From: a virus
Taxonomy: Duplodnaviria; Caudoviricetes
Virus record (IMG/VR): IMGVR_UViG_3300006114_000027
Coordinates: 1-37,084 of that record
Length of the DNA: 37,084 nucleotides
Direction: 5' to 3' (one strand)
Positions within the stretch are counted from its first letter, which is position 1. Every line of letters starts with the position of its first letter. The position numbers and the translations under genes were made by a program. The notes under the pieces were generated by a model. It was not told the DNA's origin. It saw nothing but the letters and a program-made list of their open reading frames with translations, and ran no database searches. This document shows positions 18,471 to 27,499 of the stretch, in pieces.

Positions 18471-18915
18471 CTGTATATCCATGTGCTTTTGCTAATTCTT
18501 TTAAACTTTTTTTATCATTTAGCTCTGCTAATAGTTTAATTTCATCATCCTTTAACTCTGGGTATATGTTACGCAAAAATTTTTCTGCTTTGTTATTGTT
18601 GCCTTCTTTTTTCTTTGCCGCCAACCACTTGTGTGACTGTTTGCCCATGCCTGGACTTACTGTACTTGCAAGTAACCATTGAAACTTTTTATGTTGGGTG
18701 GCGCTTATATCAAAGAAATGTTTATTTAAACGCTCATTAGTACTCATTAAGTAGTATGCCTGAAGATCTGGATCACCTTCAACTAAACTGCCAAACCGTA
18801 TCATTAAAAATGGCGAGAACTTTTTACGCTCATCTTCGGTTAAGTCATCAAAGAACTTGCGATTCTTGGTGTCGAACATGGCCATCTCGTATCCAATGTT
18901 TAATTTATCTATCAT
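18445..18915 (-). CDS. Clamp-loader small subunit (T4 gp62-like)
   Basis: KKFSPFLMIRFGS...NERLN...QWLL...W.AAKK pattern, size and replication context. Confidence 0.5.
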   Translation of the reverse strand: MIDKLNIGYEMAMFDTKNRKFFDDLTEDERKKFSPFLMIRFGSLVEGDPDLQAYYLMSTNERLNKHFFDISATQHKKFQWLLASTVSPGMGKQSHKWLAAKKKEGNNNKAEKFLRNIYPELKDDEIKLLAELNDKKSLKELAKAHGYTDEQLKKEL

Positions 18916-19144
18916 GATCTTTCTTTAGATTATAGTATACTATAGCACGGTCTAGTAGTTCTTGCAAGCCTTCATCATGCCGAGCCATTCTGCGTATCTG
19001 TCCCCACATTTGATCTTCTATTAGTTGTTCATGAAATGTTTTACCATCACTCATTATATCACTGTACAACTCACGTTTGGTGGTTCCCGTCATTCTTCTG
19101 TAAATAGTTTTACCTTTGTCTGGGCTTTCGAATATATCACTCAT
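18905..19144 (-). CDS. Hypothetical protein (start MSDIFESPD)
   Basis: ATG 19144 is adjacent to the upstream stop; the track start overlaps the next gene. Confidence 0.7.
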   Translation of the reverse strand: MSDIFESPDKGKTIYRRMTGTTKRELYSDIMSDGKTFHEQLIEDQMWGQIRRMARHDEGLQELLDRAIVYYNLKKDHDR

Positions 19145-19145
19145 G

Positions 19146-19646
19146 CTACCAAACCTTACTGTAATCAATGACCTCGCTTTGTCTGCTAAGGTCTTTAATA
19201 AAATAGGCGCATAGTGGCTTAGGACCATCACTTAGTGGCACTGCCAATAGTTGGCCACTCTTTAGTTTGGGAAAGTACCACTTGACATCTTGGTATATGT
19301 CTACAATTTCTACTGTATAGAACTCAGGCCTAAAACTTGTCAAGGGATTAAAACAAAACACATTAAATCCACGATCATTTATACTGGTTAATGGCACCAC
19401 TTCAAGATCACCAAAGTCTGGCTCACCAATTAACAATTGCCATCCCACTGGCATTTTAAGAGTATATTCGCCAATACGCAATACCAATGCTGGACTATTA
19501 AAACTTTCTAAAAATATTAAAGGCACATAAAAATAATCAGGATCTTTGGGATTACTGTTATCTAATACGCAAAAACGTATTTCGTCAACCTCATTGGGTA
19601 TTTGATCCATTGCGTAGGAGGTATTGTCAAGTGTTAGTATTCTCAT
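19146..19646 (-). CDS. Hypothetical beta-rich protein (possible degenerate Hint fold)
   Basis: 166 aa in the replication operon; loose resemblance to intein blocks B and F. Confidence 0.7.
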   Translation of the reverse strand: MRILTLDNTSYAMDQIPNEVDEIRFCVLDNSNPKDPDYFYVPLIFLESFNSPALVLRIGEYTLKMPVGWQLLIGEPDFGDLEVVPLTSINDRGFNVFCFNPLTSFRPEFYTVEIVDIYQDVKWYFPKLKSGQLLAVPLSDGPKPLCAYFIKDLSRQSEVIDYSKVW

Positions 19647-20193
19647 TTATTAATTTTTCTGCTTCTGGCGTCAGTATATACCTGCCATGGTCTCGGTACT
19701 GAAACCCGGCGATAACTTCGGCATGCAAGGGAAACCGAGCTAAGTCTAATGCTTCCCGTGCAAAGTATTCTATATTATAGTTGAAAGTGCTGGCAAAGTA
19801 AACCTTTGCGATAGAATTATTCATGTGTACTGTTTGATTCACAAACTTGTGATGTATGTGCCCATAGTCGCCATCTTCATAATGTGTCAGTATTAAGTCT
19901 GGGGCAAATTGGGTTATAGCAAGCGAGATACTATTTGCAGCATCTAAACTGCTCCAGGTTTTTAACTCACCGGCCAGTTGATCTGCATAATCATCTTGGA
20001 ATCCTAGAAAATCTGTTGTAATATTTCTCTCATCCCAATAAGCTCGCATTTCTCTTGCACGTGGATCTGTGCTGGTATAAGTTAGGTATACAATATGCCA
20101 GTGCCACGAGGGAAAGTTATCAATAAAGGGGCGGGCAAATATAACACAATCATCAGGATGCGCTACAACACAAAGAGCTTTTACAGGTGCCAT
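19627..20193 (-). CDS. PIG-L/LmbE-family N-acetylglucosaminyl deacetylase
   Basis: VVAHPDD, R.RE, ILTH...GDYGHIHH. Confidence 0.8.
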   Translation of the reverse strand: MAPVKALCVVAHPDDCVIFARPFIDNFPSWHWHIVYLTYTSTDPRAREMRAYWDERNITTDFLGFQDDYADQLAGELKTWSSLDAANSISLAITQFAPDLILTHYEDGDYGHIHHKFVNQTVHMNNSIAKVYFASTFNYNIEYFAREALDLARFPLHAEVIAGFQYRDHGRYILTPEAEKLINENTNT

Positions 20194-20987
20194 ACTTCTT
20201 TTATTAATTTGTAGTAAGTGTCGGCTAGATAAACTTGTCCTTCGGGAAGTGTATGATACCCGGGATCTTTCATTTTGTTAGGCAGTTCCCACTCATTACT
20301 CGCATACGCAGGCGTTTGTTTAAAGTCCATGGTTAAATAGTGATCGGGCAATACCGAGGGAAATGCCTCACGTACATCATGACTGTTCCAAATAGTGTTG
20401 GCAACTAACAAGAAAGGAATTCCTGCATAAAACAATTGCATAATGCCATCACGAATAATCCACTTGTCTTGTTGTAGTTTCCATTGACTATCATACAAGT
20501 GATTGATATATTGCTTTACTGCCGCTTGTGTTGCTTTATCAATTTTGCCACTGCGATAGGGATGATCGTAGCCTTCTACCAGACTAAAGATAGTCTCGCA
20601 AATCATTCTATAATTGTTATTGCCATAATTTACATTATCTATACCAGCGGCAGGATCGTATCCAATACCGTGATTCTTTTGTAAATGCTTTTGCAAGTCA
20701 CTGGCCCAGCCTTTGTTTTCGTTCGCTGGAGCCACATAGGGTGCTGCTCCTGCAGGTATTTCTATACGATCATGAAAGGTAGGGCCTATAATTGCAAATG
20801 CGGGACGTTGGCGAATCACTTCGTCTATTTGTACACGTATTCCACCGTTACTGCATCCTTGACGTGCAAGTATTTCTACTTCCCATCCCAACTTTTCAGC
20901 CAACACTTCGCCAAAGGCTGTTCCCGGCAATTCCTTGCTTGGTGCGGAGAAACTGTCGCCACATACAATTAATTTGTTTACTGCCAT
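20181..20987 (-). CDS. SGNH-like hydrolase/acyl-modifying protein
   Basis: IVCGDSF, ARQGCSN, PTFHDRIE, YHTLPEGQ. Confidence 0.65.
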   Translation of the reverse strand: MAVNKLIVCGDSFSAPSKELPGTAFGEVLAEKLGWEVEILARQGCSNGGIRVQIDEVIRQRPAFAIIGPTFHDRIEIPAGAAPYVAPANENKGWASDLQKHLQKNHGIGYDPAAGIDNVNYGNNNYRMICETIFSLVEGYDHPYRSGKIDKATQAAVKQYINHLYDSQWKLQQDKWIIRDGIMQLFYAGIPFLLVANTIWNSHDVREAFPSVLPDHYLTMDFKQTPAYASNEWELPNKMKDPGYHTLPEGQVYLADTYYKLIKEVWHL

Positions 20988-20997
20988 TCTACCTTCT

Positions 20998-21684
20998 CTA
21001 TGTTTTTATTTTACAAAATTTAACATGCCTGTATGTTACTGTTTTTAAAAAACAATGCGGGCATTCATCTATACGTGTCTGGGAGCCTTTTGGGCCTCTC
21101 ATACTTTTGCTCATCTTTATTTTTGTTTCTTCGTTGTGTTGTTTGCCGGTCATTCCGGATTTATGCCCTTTTTTCCCCTCGCTGACTTTTTTACAAAAGT
21201 CAGCTGACATTTTTCTACCTTTTATAGTTAGTGATCGTTTTCTGTTAGATTCTTCCGAATGTACAATTCCTGTAATGCCTTTATTCCAAGGAATTTGACC
21301 TTTGCGCTTATCTGACATTTTTTTTCTAGTAGACTCAGAGTGCTTTTTGCCGGTCCTTGCCTCGGAGATCGTTTCTCTAATCTTTTTATATTCCCACGAC
21401 GTAAATATTCTTTTTTGGCCAGGTGCAGTCTGAATAAATTTTCCTACAGCAAATTTCATTAAATTATTATGGTACCCAGTTGTCATCTTAACTAATAATA
21501 AATGACAGACAAAATGTTCTCTTGCTGTTAATTTTACTATATTATCAGAATTGTCACTACCATTTAGACTACGAGGAATAATATGATGTTTTTCATTGTA
21601 CCCTCGGGGTTCTCTCGTTAATGCCTTACTAATGATTGCATTGTACCATTTAGTATATTTGTTACCTAAAAATTCTATTGCCAT
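20998..21684 (-). mobile_element. Free-standing HNH homing endonuclease with NUMOD3 repeats
   Basis: EKHHIIPRSLNGSDNSDNIVKLTAREHFVCH; repeated GKKHSESTRKKMS-type motifs; flanked by a 21-bp near-duplication (20978-20998 and 21675-21695). Confidence 0.88.
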
Positions 21685-23135
21685 TCAACTTTCTCCAGAG
21701 AATAATTATATTTAGCTTCTGTGTAAAACTTTTTCCTCTGTGTCAAATGTCTTTTTGCAAATTTGCAGGTGCTGGTTATATCCCAGATCTCTACGTGGTC
21801 CTTGTCTACAGCTTTTCGTATACCTCGTCCAATGCTTTGTATAACCCTAACAAAGCTCTTTCCGGGTTCCACCAGAACCAGATTAAAAATACGAGGGATA
21901 TTAATACCCACTGCGGCCACACCGTAAGTCGCCACAATAATCTTGCCAGTAGCAGTCGCCACAGCGTCGTATTCTTCTTGCCGTTTTGTTCCTTTAGTTG
22001 CTCCACTTACAAATACCGCCTTATCACCTAAATATTCTACTAATAATTTACCTGTTGCTACTCGATCTACTAGCACCAAGGTATTCCCTGTGTCGTTAAC
22101 TTTGAGTATTAAATTCCTCATATACGTTAACCTGCCTGTGGTCTCTAACAAGTATTTTAATTCCTGTTGGTATTCTTTATACTCAACGTGATCGATCAAC
22201 TGTACAATATTAACATGACAATTTGCAAGGTGCCCTGCTTCTTGAAGATCACTAGCACTCAGTCGCCCAACTACCGGTCCCAGACTACATAGTATACTTA
22301 TCTTCGCATGTTCCTCCTTAGGAATTGTTCCAGTCAATCCCCAGCGAATTGGTACGTGTGCAAATACCGTTGTGAGCAAAGTTTTTAGCGCATCGGCTTT
22401 GGCCATGTGTACTTCGTCTACCATGACACAAACCACACCCTCAATAAAGTCGCCAATTTCAACTTCGGCTTCTCCACTTTTTGTAGTCTTCATCATGTTG
22501 TTCAAACTCTGCCAAGTACAAATAGTATGCGTTTTATTGTATTCTTTTCTATCCCCAAAGTACACCCCAACATCAAGTCCTAGATTGATGTAGTCTGTTT
22601 CGGTTTGCGTTACCAAACTTTTGTTGGGCACAATAACTACACTTCTACCATATTTTTCTACGCTCCGGCTCAAGGCAGCAGTCATAATTGTTTTACCAGC
22701 ACCAGTTGCTACTTCTTGTACACTCTGACGATTTTGCAAAAAATTATTCAAAATCTGTGGCTGATAATCACGCAAATAAATGGGCTCTCCCTCCTTGGGG
22801 TGTCCCTTGGGCCACTTTTTGTCCGAGAATGTGTCTTCAGTTATGGGATCAAATTCAAATACTGTACTATAGTCACGCCGATCTTCTAGTTCAACATCAT
22901 AATTCAAATTCTCAAGATGTTCTAGTATCTCTGGTAACAAATTAATATAAGTGCTACCACCTAGCTGAAAGAAACTGACTTTGCCGTCCCAACGTCCTAG
23001 CCGCACCGCTGGCTGATAACGAGCACCTGGAACTTCGTATTTGAACTTGTCTACTAGCTTTTTACGTACAGATACATCAAGTCCTTCTAGTTTGACATTG
23101 ACTTCGTCACGTATTATTAATTTACAAGTCTGCAA
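21675..23135 (-). CDS. uvsW: SF2 DNA helicase (UvsW-like)
   Basis: LRDYQ, ATGAGKT, DEVH, GLTGT, GINIP, QSIGRGIR. Confidence 0.88.
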   Translation of the reverse strand: MQTCKLIIRDEVNVKLEGLDVSVRKKLVDKFKYEVPGARYQPAVRLGRWDGKVSFFQLGGSTYINLLPEILEHLENLNYDVELEDRRDYSTVFEFDPITEDTFSDKKWPKGHPKEGEPIYLRDYQPQILNNFLQNRQSVQEVATGAGKTIMTAALSRSVEKYGRSVVIVPNKSLVTQTETDYINLGLDVGVYFGDRKEYNKTHTICTWQSLNNMMKTTKSGEAEVEIGDFIEGVVCVMVDEVHMAKADALKTLLTTVFAHVPIRWGLTGTIPKEEHAKISILCSLGPVVGRLSASDLQEAGHLANCHVNIVQLIDHVEYKEYQQELKYLLETTGRLTYMRNLILKVNDTGNTLVLVDRVATGKLLVEYLGDKAVFVSGATKGTKRQEEYDAVATATGKIIVATYGVAAVGINIPRIFNLVLVEPGKSFVRVIQSIGRGIRKAVDKDHVEIWDITSTCKFAKRHLTQRKKFYTEAKYNYSLEKVEWQ

Positions 23136-24300
23136 GTTTTTCTACCTTATTTTCTGCTTTTTTATTATACACTTCTGCAGCACAATATACAATCTTTTCT
23201 GCATTTTGTACCATTAGGTTTTTGTCTCCGCCATACATCATGCCTGCACTACTAATTAGTAAAGGAATCTTTTGAGTAATAACTGGAACTACCACGTGCA
23301 CATATTTAAATCCATCACCCCAATTACGAGCCTTTACTGTGCGAGGAACTTCAACTACACCTTCTCTGAGGCCGCGCATCTGTGCCAATAACTTTCCACT
23401 TAGATCTGGTTCGTAAACTACAACAGGCCAACGTTGCATGGTGTCTGCGTAGTCTAGCACACTTGCTAAATTGTCGTTGATTGTACTTGGATCTAGTTTT
23501 GTCTCACGAGTGGTTGCTAAATTGTAAAAACGCGGAGTACTGTTTGCAACTATCATGTCAGCAATCTTACGACTAACAGTATACCCCATTACTGCGCTCA
23601 TGTCCACTAAACGTAATAAATTATCTAGCTCAAATCCACCCATATGAGTGATTATGTACTCACGCAAAGACTCTGGGCAGTTTGTAATGTCTAATACGCC
23701 ATCATTGATAACTAACTCAATGGCATATGGCACTGCTTCTACTTCAGCGATTAAACTGTTTAATCTAATTATCTCTGGAGAGATTTCAAAATTGTTTTGT
23801 TCGGCCCAAGTTGTGAGCCAAACCAAATTGTACTCGGTTAGGGCAAAACTCCACACTTTGTTTTCTTTGTCCCACTCGCCATGACCTTGGCTTTCTTTTC
23901 TAAAATCACGCAAACCGTCAATTAGCAAATTATTAAATGGAAACACCACTGTTATTTTATCATTAACAACATCAAGTTTGCGAATATAATCCATTTTACG
24001 CAAAGGTAAGCGCCAGGTGACACGGTCCTCAACTGGGCTAACATCCACGCCTTTTGTGGCCAATTGTCGCTTGTACTTTAATACGATCTTGACCGCAAGA
24101 TCTCCTTGCTTTTCAGTTAAAGCACGACCTTCACTAGCAGTTGTGCTCATACTGTTTAGTACGTCAGTATCATACCTTGCCAAATTGACTATGGGAGTAA
24201 AATCATTGAACCAAGTATTGGGTTTGGTTTTTAGTGTCGCAGGATCTTTAATTCCTGCAATGACTTCTAAATAATCTTCAACTGTGGTATATTTGTTCAT
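23122..24300 (-). CDS. Hypothetical protein with HARP-like segment
   Basis: VVFPFNNLLIDGLR...WDKENKVWSF; no Walker motifs; overlaps the helicase start. Confidence 0.6.
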   Translation of the reverse strand: MNKYTTVEDYLEVIAGIKDPATLKTKPNTWFNDFTPIVNLARYDTDVLNSMSTTASEGRALTEKQGDLAVKIVLKYKRQLATKGVDVSPVEDRVTWRLPLRKMDYIRKLDVVNDKITVVFPFNNLLIDGLRDFRKESQGHGEWDKENKVWSFALTEYNLVWLTTWAEQNNFEISPEIIRLNSLIAEVEAVPYAIELVINDGVLDITNCPESLREYIITHMGGFELDNLLRLVDMSAVMGYTVSRKIADMIVANSTPRFYNLATTRETKLDPSTINDNLASVLDYADTMQRWPVVVYEPDLSGKLLAQMRGLREGVVEVPRTVKARNWGDGFKYVHVVVPVITQKIPLLISSAGMMYGGDKNLMVQNAEKIVYCAAEVYNKKAENKVEKLADL

Positions 24301-24305
24301 AGTGT

Positions 24306-24334
24306 ATTATAACAGTATTTACAAATTGTGTCAA
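24306..24334 (-). promoter_or_regulatory. Consensus sigma70 promoter, leaderless
   Basis: TTGACA (24329-34)-17 bp-TATAAT (24306-11), 5 nt before ATG 24300; no SD. Confidence 0.85.
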
Positions 24335-24356
24335 AAGAAAAAGCCCCAATTGGGGC
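24335..24356 (-). terminator. Rho-independent terminator
   Basis: GCCCC-AATT-GGGGC followed by TTTTTCTT. Confidence 0.8.
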
Positions 24357-24361
24357 AAAAA

Positions 24362-24868
24362 TTATGCCGTACCAAGTATATTTTCTAACCATTCTCGACA
24401 CTCTGGCCATGTTCGGTATACATGTGCTCTACCACCTGCGGCAATAAATTCATGACAGTTACTGCTTCTATCATCAATTAGTATGTCCTTGTCGCTTTGG
24501 CAATGTCTGTACTTGTCAAAACTGAATGGTCCAAAGAAAACAGGTATGCCGGGAAAATGTCTATCGGCCCAAAACACTTTGTCACTTGCGGCCCAGGGCA
24601 CACTGTAGTCATGTGGCAGTGCAGTCAAGAAGGCCAATTTAACTTCAGGATGTTTGTTAGCATACGCCCTACACCACTGCACCAATTCTTCTGCACCCTC
24701 TTTTAGTGGCAAGTCTCTATAGAAACGTTCCTTGGCTTTGACTTTGTTCCAATCACTATCCGGAATACGTTCGCCATAGTTCCAATTGCGTTGCACCAAA
24801 CGTCGTGCTTCGCCCATCCAGTCGGCTACAACGTCATCCATATCGAGGTAGATGGTCATTTGTGTCAT
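24362..24868 (-). CDS. 5'(3')-deoxyribonucleotidase (HAD, NT5C-like)
   Basis: IYLDMDDVVAD, FLTA, ILIDD. Confidence 0.8.
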   Translation of the reverse strand: MTQMTIYLDMDDVVADWMGEARRLVQRNWNYGERIPDSDWNKVKAKERFYRDLPLKEGAEELVQWCRAYANKHPEVKLAFLTALPHDYSVPWAASDKVFWADRHFPGIPVFFGPFSFDKYRHCQSDKDILIDDRSSNCHEFIAAGGRAHVYRTWPECREWLENILGTA

Positions 24869-25086
24869 ACTACTTTACCCAATGCGGCATAGATTAACTG
24901 ATCCAATTCTCTGTCAAACGCTTGACCTTGTCTACGCTTTAGCCAAATTGTTTCCAGTAGTTGTTTAGTATCGCCATGTGTGCTAACAACAAGACCACGT
25001 GATTCTATTTCTTCTAGTAAATCATCATCATCGAAATCGGTTAATTCAACATCAATTTCAACTTCTTTATATACTGTTTTCGACAT
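24865..25086 (-). CDS. Hypothetical acidic protein
   Basis: 73-aa ORF, ATGA-coupled to the next gene. Confidence 0.7.
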   Translation of the reverse strand: MSKTVYKEVEIDVELTDFDDDDLLEEIESRGLVVSTHGDTKQLLETIWLKRRQGQAFDRELDQLIYAALGKVV

Positions 25087-25087
25087 T

Positions 25088-25363
25088 TTATTTCCTTTTT
25101 AATGTTCTCCACGCCAATCCGTACCAAGGTTCAAACTCTATTTTCTCATACTGGTTATATGGCCCTGATAGTAACAATCGCATCTCCCACCACTCATTAT
25201 TGGTATCTCGATACACCACAAGCACCTGTGATCCAAATTTCTGAAACATCTTCATCATGACTGTTTCGGCATCATTGGTTATTGTACGTTCATTGGGGCC
25301 ACTAGTATCCTCTAAATACACGATGTTGTTTTCGGCGTCATATTCCGTAACACAAAAACTCAA
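25088..25363 (-). CDS. Hypothetical protein
   Basis: 91-aa ORF, TTG start overlapping the upstream TGA; TITNDAE and YRDT..W motifs. Confidence 0.65.
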   Translation of the reverse strand: MSFCVTEYDAENNIVYLEDTSGPNERTITNDAETVMMKMFQKFGSQVLVVYRDTNNEWWEMRLLLSGPYNQYEKIEFEPWYGLAWRTLKRK

Positions 25364-25578
25364 GATTCAACTCCGAAATGTTGTTGGATTGCTTGTTTAA
25401 GATGGGCGCCTCTAACCTTGTCAGGATTGTTCCAGTAAGTGTTGTAGGCAACTTCACCACATTCCCGAACAAGCAACTCGGCAAACTTTTCTGTTGCTTG
25501 GTGTGAATTTCCCACTCGGCTACTGGGACCTAATAGTCCAGCCTGTTCAGCAAGTTGTCCAATTCGTTCGTTCATCAT
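25360..25578 (-). CDS. MNERI..KFAEL..HFGVE family protein (paralog 1)
   Basis: Shares three blocks with 25575..25832 and 27496..27702. Confidence 0.75.
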   Translation of the reverse strand: MMNERIGQLAEQAGLLGPSSRVGNSHQATEKFAELLVRECGEVAYNTYWNNPDKVRGAHLKQAIQQHFGVES

Positions 25579-25832
25579 TCAACTCCGAAATGTTCTTCAA
25601 TCTGATTCGTAATGGTTTGTAAAAGTTTAACACCATCCTCGCCACCAATCATGTTTTCTGGGTATGCTTGAAAATAACTACTGGGTCTGACAAAAGTTAA
25701 ACATTCCTGGATCAATAACTCGGCGAACTTGTCCTTTAGTTTCGATAACTGTGCAGGGGTCAGCATGGTCCAGGTTTCTGGCACAGCCTGATCCAAAGCC
25801 TGCCCAAACAGTTTTTCAATTCGTTCGTTCAT
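25575..25832 (-). CDS. MNERI..KFAEL..HFGVE family protein (paralog 2)
   Basis: Shared blocks MNERI, KFAELLIQEC, HFGVE. Confidence 0.75.
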   Translation of the reverse strand: MNERIEKLFGQALDQAVPETWTMLTPAQLSKLKDKFAELLIQECLTFVRPSSYFQAYPENMIGGEDGVKLLQTITNQIEEHFGVE

Positions 25833-25838
25833 TTTTTC

Positions 25839-26228
25839 TTACCAACTTGAATTGTAAAATACTTTCAAGCCCACAAACAATTCAGCACGTGCGTTTTTGA
25901 TAAACTCCAAGTCCTGTTGCCGATAGTACTCGTCTGCGGGATTGCCAAAAAAGAATCCTGTGGTACTGGGCAGTTGATTGTCGAGTATTGCTTGTTCCAA
26001 CAAGTCAATGTCCTGCCAAGTCAACTCGAGTTCAACGCCGTTGAAACTATCTACGTCTCCACCCTTGCTACGATATAACTGTTCCATCCAACCGTGTAAG
26101 TTGGGGTGCTTACGCCAATAGGCCAGTTCTCTAGGTTGGGTTGCAGTCCCGTTGGCATTGACTTCTTCATAATATTCTTCTTGTGCCCCTGGCTTGGTAG
26201 CAACATAAGCATACATGTCTAATCCCAT
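25839..26228 (-). CDS. Phage hypothetical protein (MGLDMY..YWRK..YNSSW)
   Basis: 129-aa ORF with GGAG RBS. Confidence 0.8.
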   Translation of the reverse strand: MGLDMYAYVATKPGAQEEYYEEVNANGTATQPRELAYWRKHPNLHGWMEQLYRSKGGDVDSFNGVELELTWQDIDLLEQAILDNQLPSTTGFFFGNPADEYYRQQDLEFIKNARAELFVGLKVFYNSSW

Positions 26229-26229
26229 T

Positions 26230-26466
26230 TTACATCTCCACTAAACGAACGATATCAGATTGTTTAACTGATAAAATATTGCACACTTCGCCCTCAAACA
26301 CCACAGGCAAGTCTGTGAGAATCATAACCAAAGAACCCACCTCACGTTGTACTGTGCCTATAAATGGAACTTTTTCCTTACGGCCAAATACTCGATCACC
26401 ATAGAGAAATTTTGGCTTAGGTGCGTCCTCGTTTTTGCGTTCAAAATAATCAGTCAGGCTGGCCAT
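26230..26466 (-). CDS. Hypothetical SH3-like protein
   Basis: 78 aa; F.YGDRVFG...GTV pattern; GGAG RBS. Confidence 0.65.
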   Translation of the reverse strand: MASLTDYFERKNEDAPKPKFLYGDRVFGRKEKVPFIGTVQREVGSLVMILTDLPVVFEGEVCNILSVKQSDIVRLVEM

Positions 26467-26668
26467 TAAAGTACTCCTCTGCTAGTTGTCGTGCTTCTTC
26501 AATATTCTTTGCAGGCACTGTTACAAAGGCTTGGTCTCGTAATACATGCATGTTATAGGGCACATATCCAGGCCAGGTAAAGTCTTCAGGTATTGAAACC
26601 TGTACTTCAAATTCCTGTACGCCTTTAAGGCCAATTTGAATGTCGTTTAAAAAATCTTGTGAGTCCAT
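26450..26668 (-). CDS. Hypothetical protein (start corrected to MDSQDF)
   Basis: TAATG coupling at 26666-26670 and GGAG upstream. Confidence 0.7.
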   Translation of the reverse strand: MDSQDFLNDIQIGLKGVQEFEVQVSIPEDFTWPGYVPYNMHVLRDQAFVTVPAKNIEEARQLAEEYFNGQPD

Positions 26669-26766
26669 TATCGAGGCTCCGTTAGTATCAACAAAAGTGC
26701 AGCAAACATTGCTAACCAAAAATGACCGGCAAATATTAGTATAATAGGAACGAACCAAAGCCACAT
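26668..26766 (-). CDS. 32-aa membrane peptide (missing from ORF track)
   Basis: MWLWFVPIILIFAGHFWLAMFAALLLILTEPR; TAATG coupling at both ends. Confidence 0.65.
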   Translation of the reverse strand: MWLWFVPIILIFAGHFWLAMFAALLLILTEPR

Positions 26767-26996
26767 TATTCTTCTGCCTGTGGAAGTGTGGCTTCTAACA
26801 ATACAATCAGTGCACGAACAGTGTCCCGGGTCATTGTCAGTGTCATCGAAGTATCATGTCCGACTCGTAATTGTGTTCTACCATCGGTAGTGATTCCTAC
26901 CATAAAGCCAACTGCGGTGTTTTCATTTTCCATATGCGGTACCTTTAACGGAGCAATTTCGGGGATTGGGGGTAGTTCTATTTTGCGTCTAAACAT
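26766..26996 (-). CDS. Hypothetical protein
   Basis: 76-aa ORF in a coupled operon. Confidence 0.7.
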   Translation of the reverse strand: MFRRKIELPPIPEIAPLKVPHMENENTAVGFMVGITTDGRTQLRVGHDTSMTLTMTRDTVRALIVLLEATLPQAEE

Positions 26997-27204
26997 CTTT
27001 GATTTGTCCTTGCAGTTCTGATTCTAATGTGTTTATTATAGCATCAAGTTCAGCGATTGTCTGTGCTTTTAATGCAACAGTTTGTTCTAAATTCTCAATC
27101 CAAAGTTGTTGATTCGCTATTGTTTCTCGGTATTGGGCAAGCCTATCGCCCGCAATAGTTACCAACAACATTAGAGCCCCTAGCATTAGAAAAAATACTA
27201 TCAT
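26989..27204 (-). CDS. N-terminal TM plus coiled-coil protein (start MIVFFL)
   Basis: ATGA coupling at 27201-27204. Confidence 0.65.
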   Translation of the reverse strand: MIVFFLMLGALMLLVTIAGDRLAQYRETIANQQLWIENLEQTVALKAQTIAELDAIINTLESELQGQIKDV

Positions 27205-27317
27205 ACTGGAAGTACACTTGCTAACCAATAGCCAAAATAAACTAAAAAGATTCCGGCAATGCAAAACATTATTCCTGCCATCAGTAATAAAAAAGGTATC
27301 AAGGTATCTTGTTTCAT
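27201..27317 (-). CDS. 38-aa membrane peptide (missing from ORF track)
   Basis: MKQDTLIPFLLLMAGIMFCIAGIFLVYFGYWLASVLPV; ATGA coupling at both ends; GGAG RBS. Confidence 0.65.
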   Translation of the reverse strand: MKQDTLIPFLLLMAGIMFCIAGIFLVYFGYWLASVLPV

Positions 27318-27499
27318 TCTGGTACTCCTATATCTAAATCTTGACTCACCATATCTACCATGCTGCTATAGCAAGTGGGGCAAAATGCTACAGGCAGTAT
27401 ACCAAAGTAACCTAATACCCCGCCCTCGTCTTCGGTAAACTCACAACTGCACACCGAACACTTGTGTGTGTCGCCAACATGTTCAAAGCCTTGTATCAT
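27314..27499 (-). CDS. Small zinc-ribbon protein
   Basis: CSVC...CPTC. Confidence 0.7.
   Translation of the reverse strand: MIQGFEHVGDTHKCSVCSCEFTEDEGGVLGYFGILPVAFCPTCYSSMVDMVSQDLDIGVPE

Noticed and set aside
20978-21695. Group I intron carrying the endonuclease
   Set aside because: The ORF fills the whole interval, leaving no room for a ribozyme core, and the helicase is complete without splicing.
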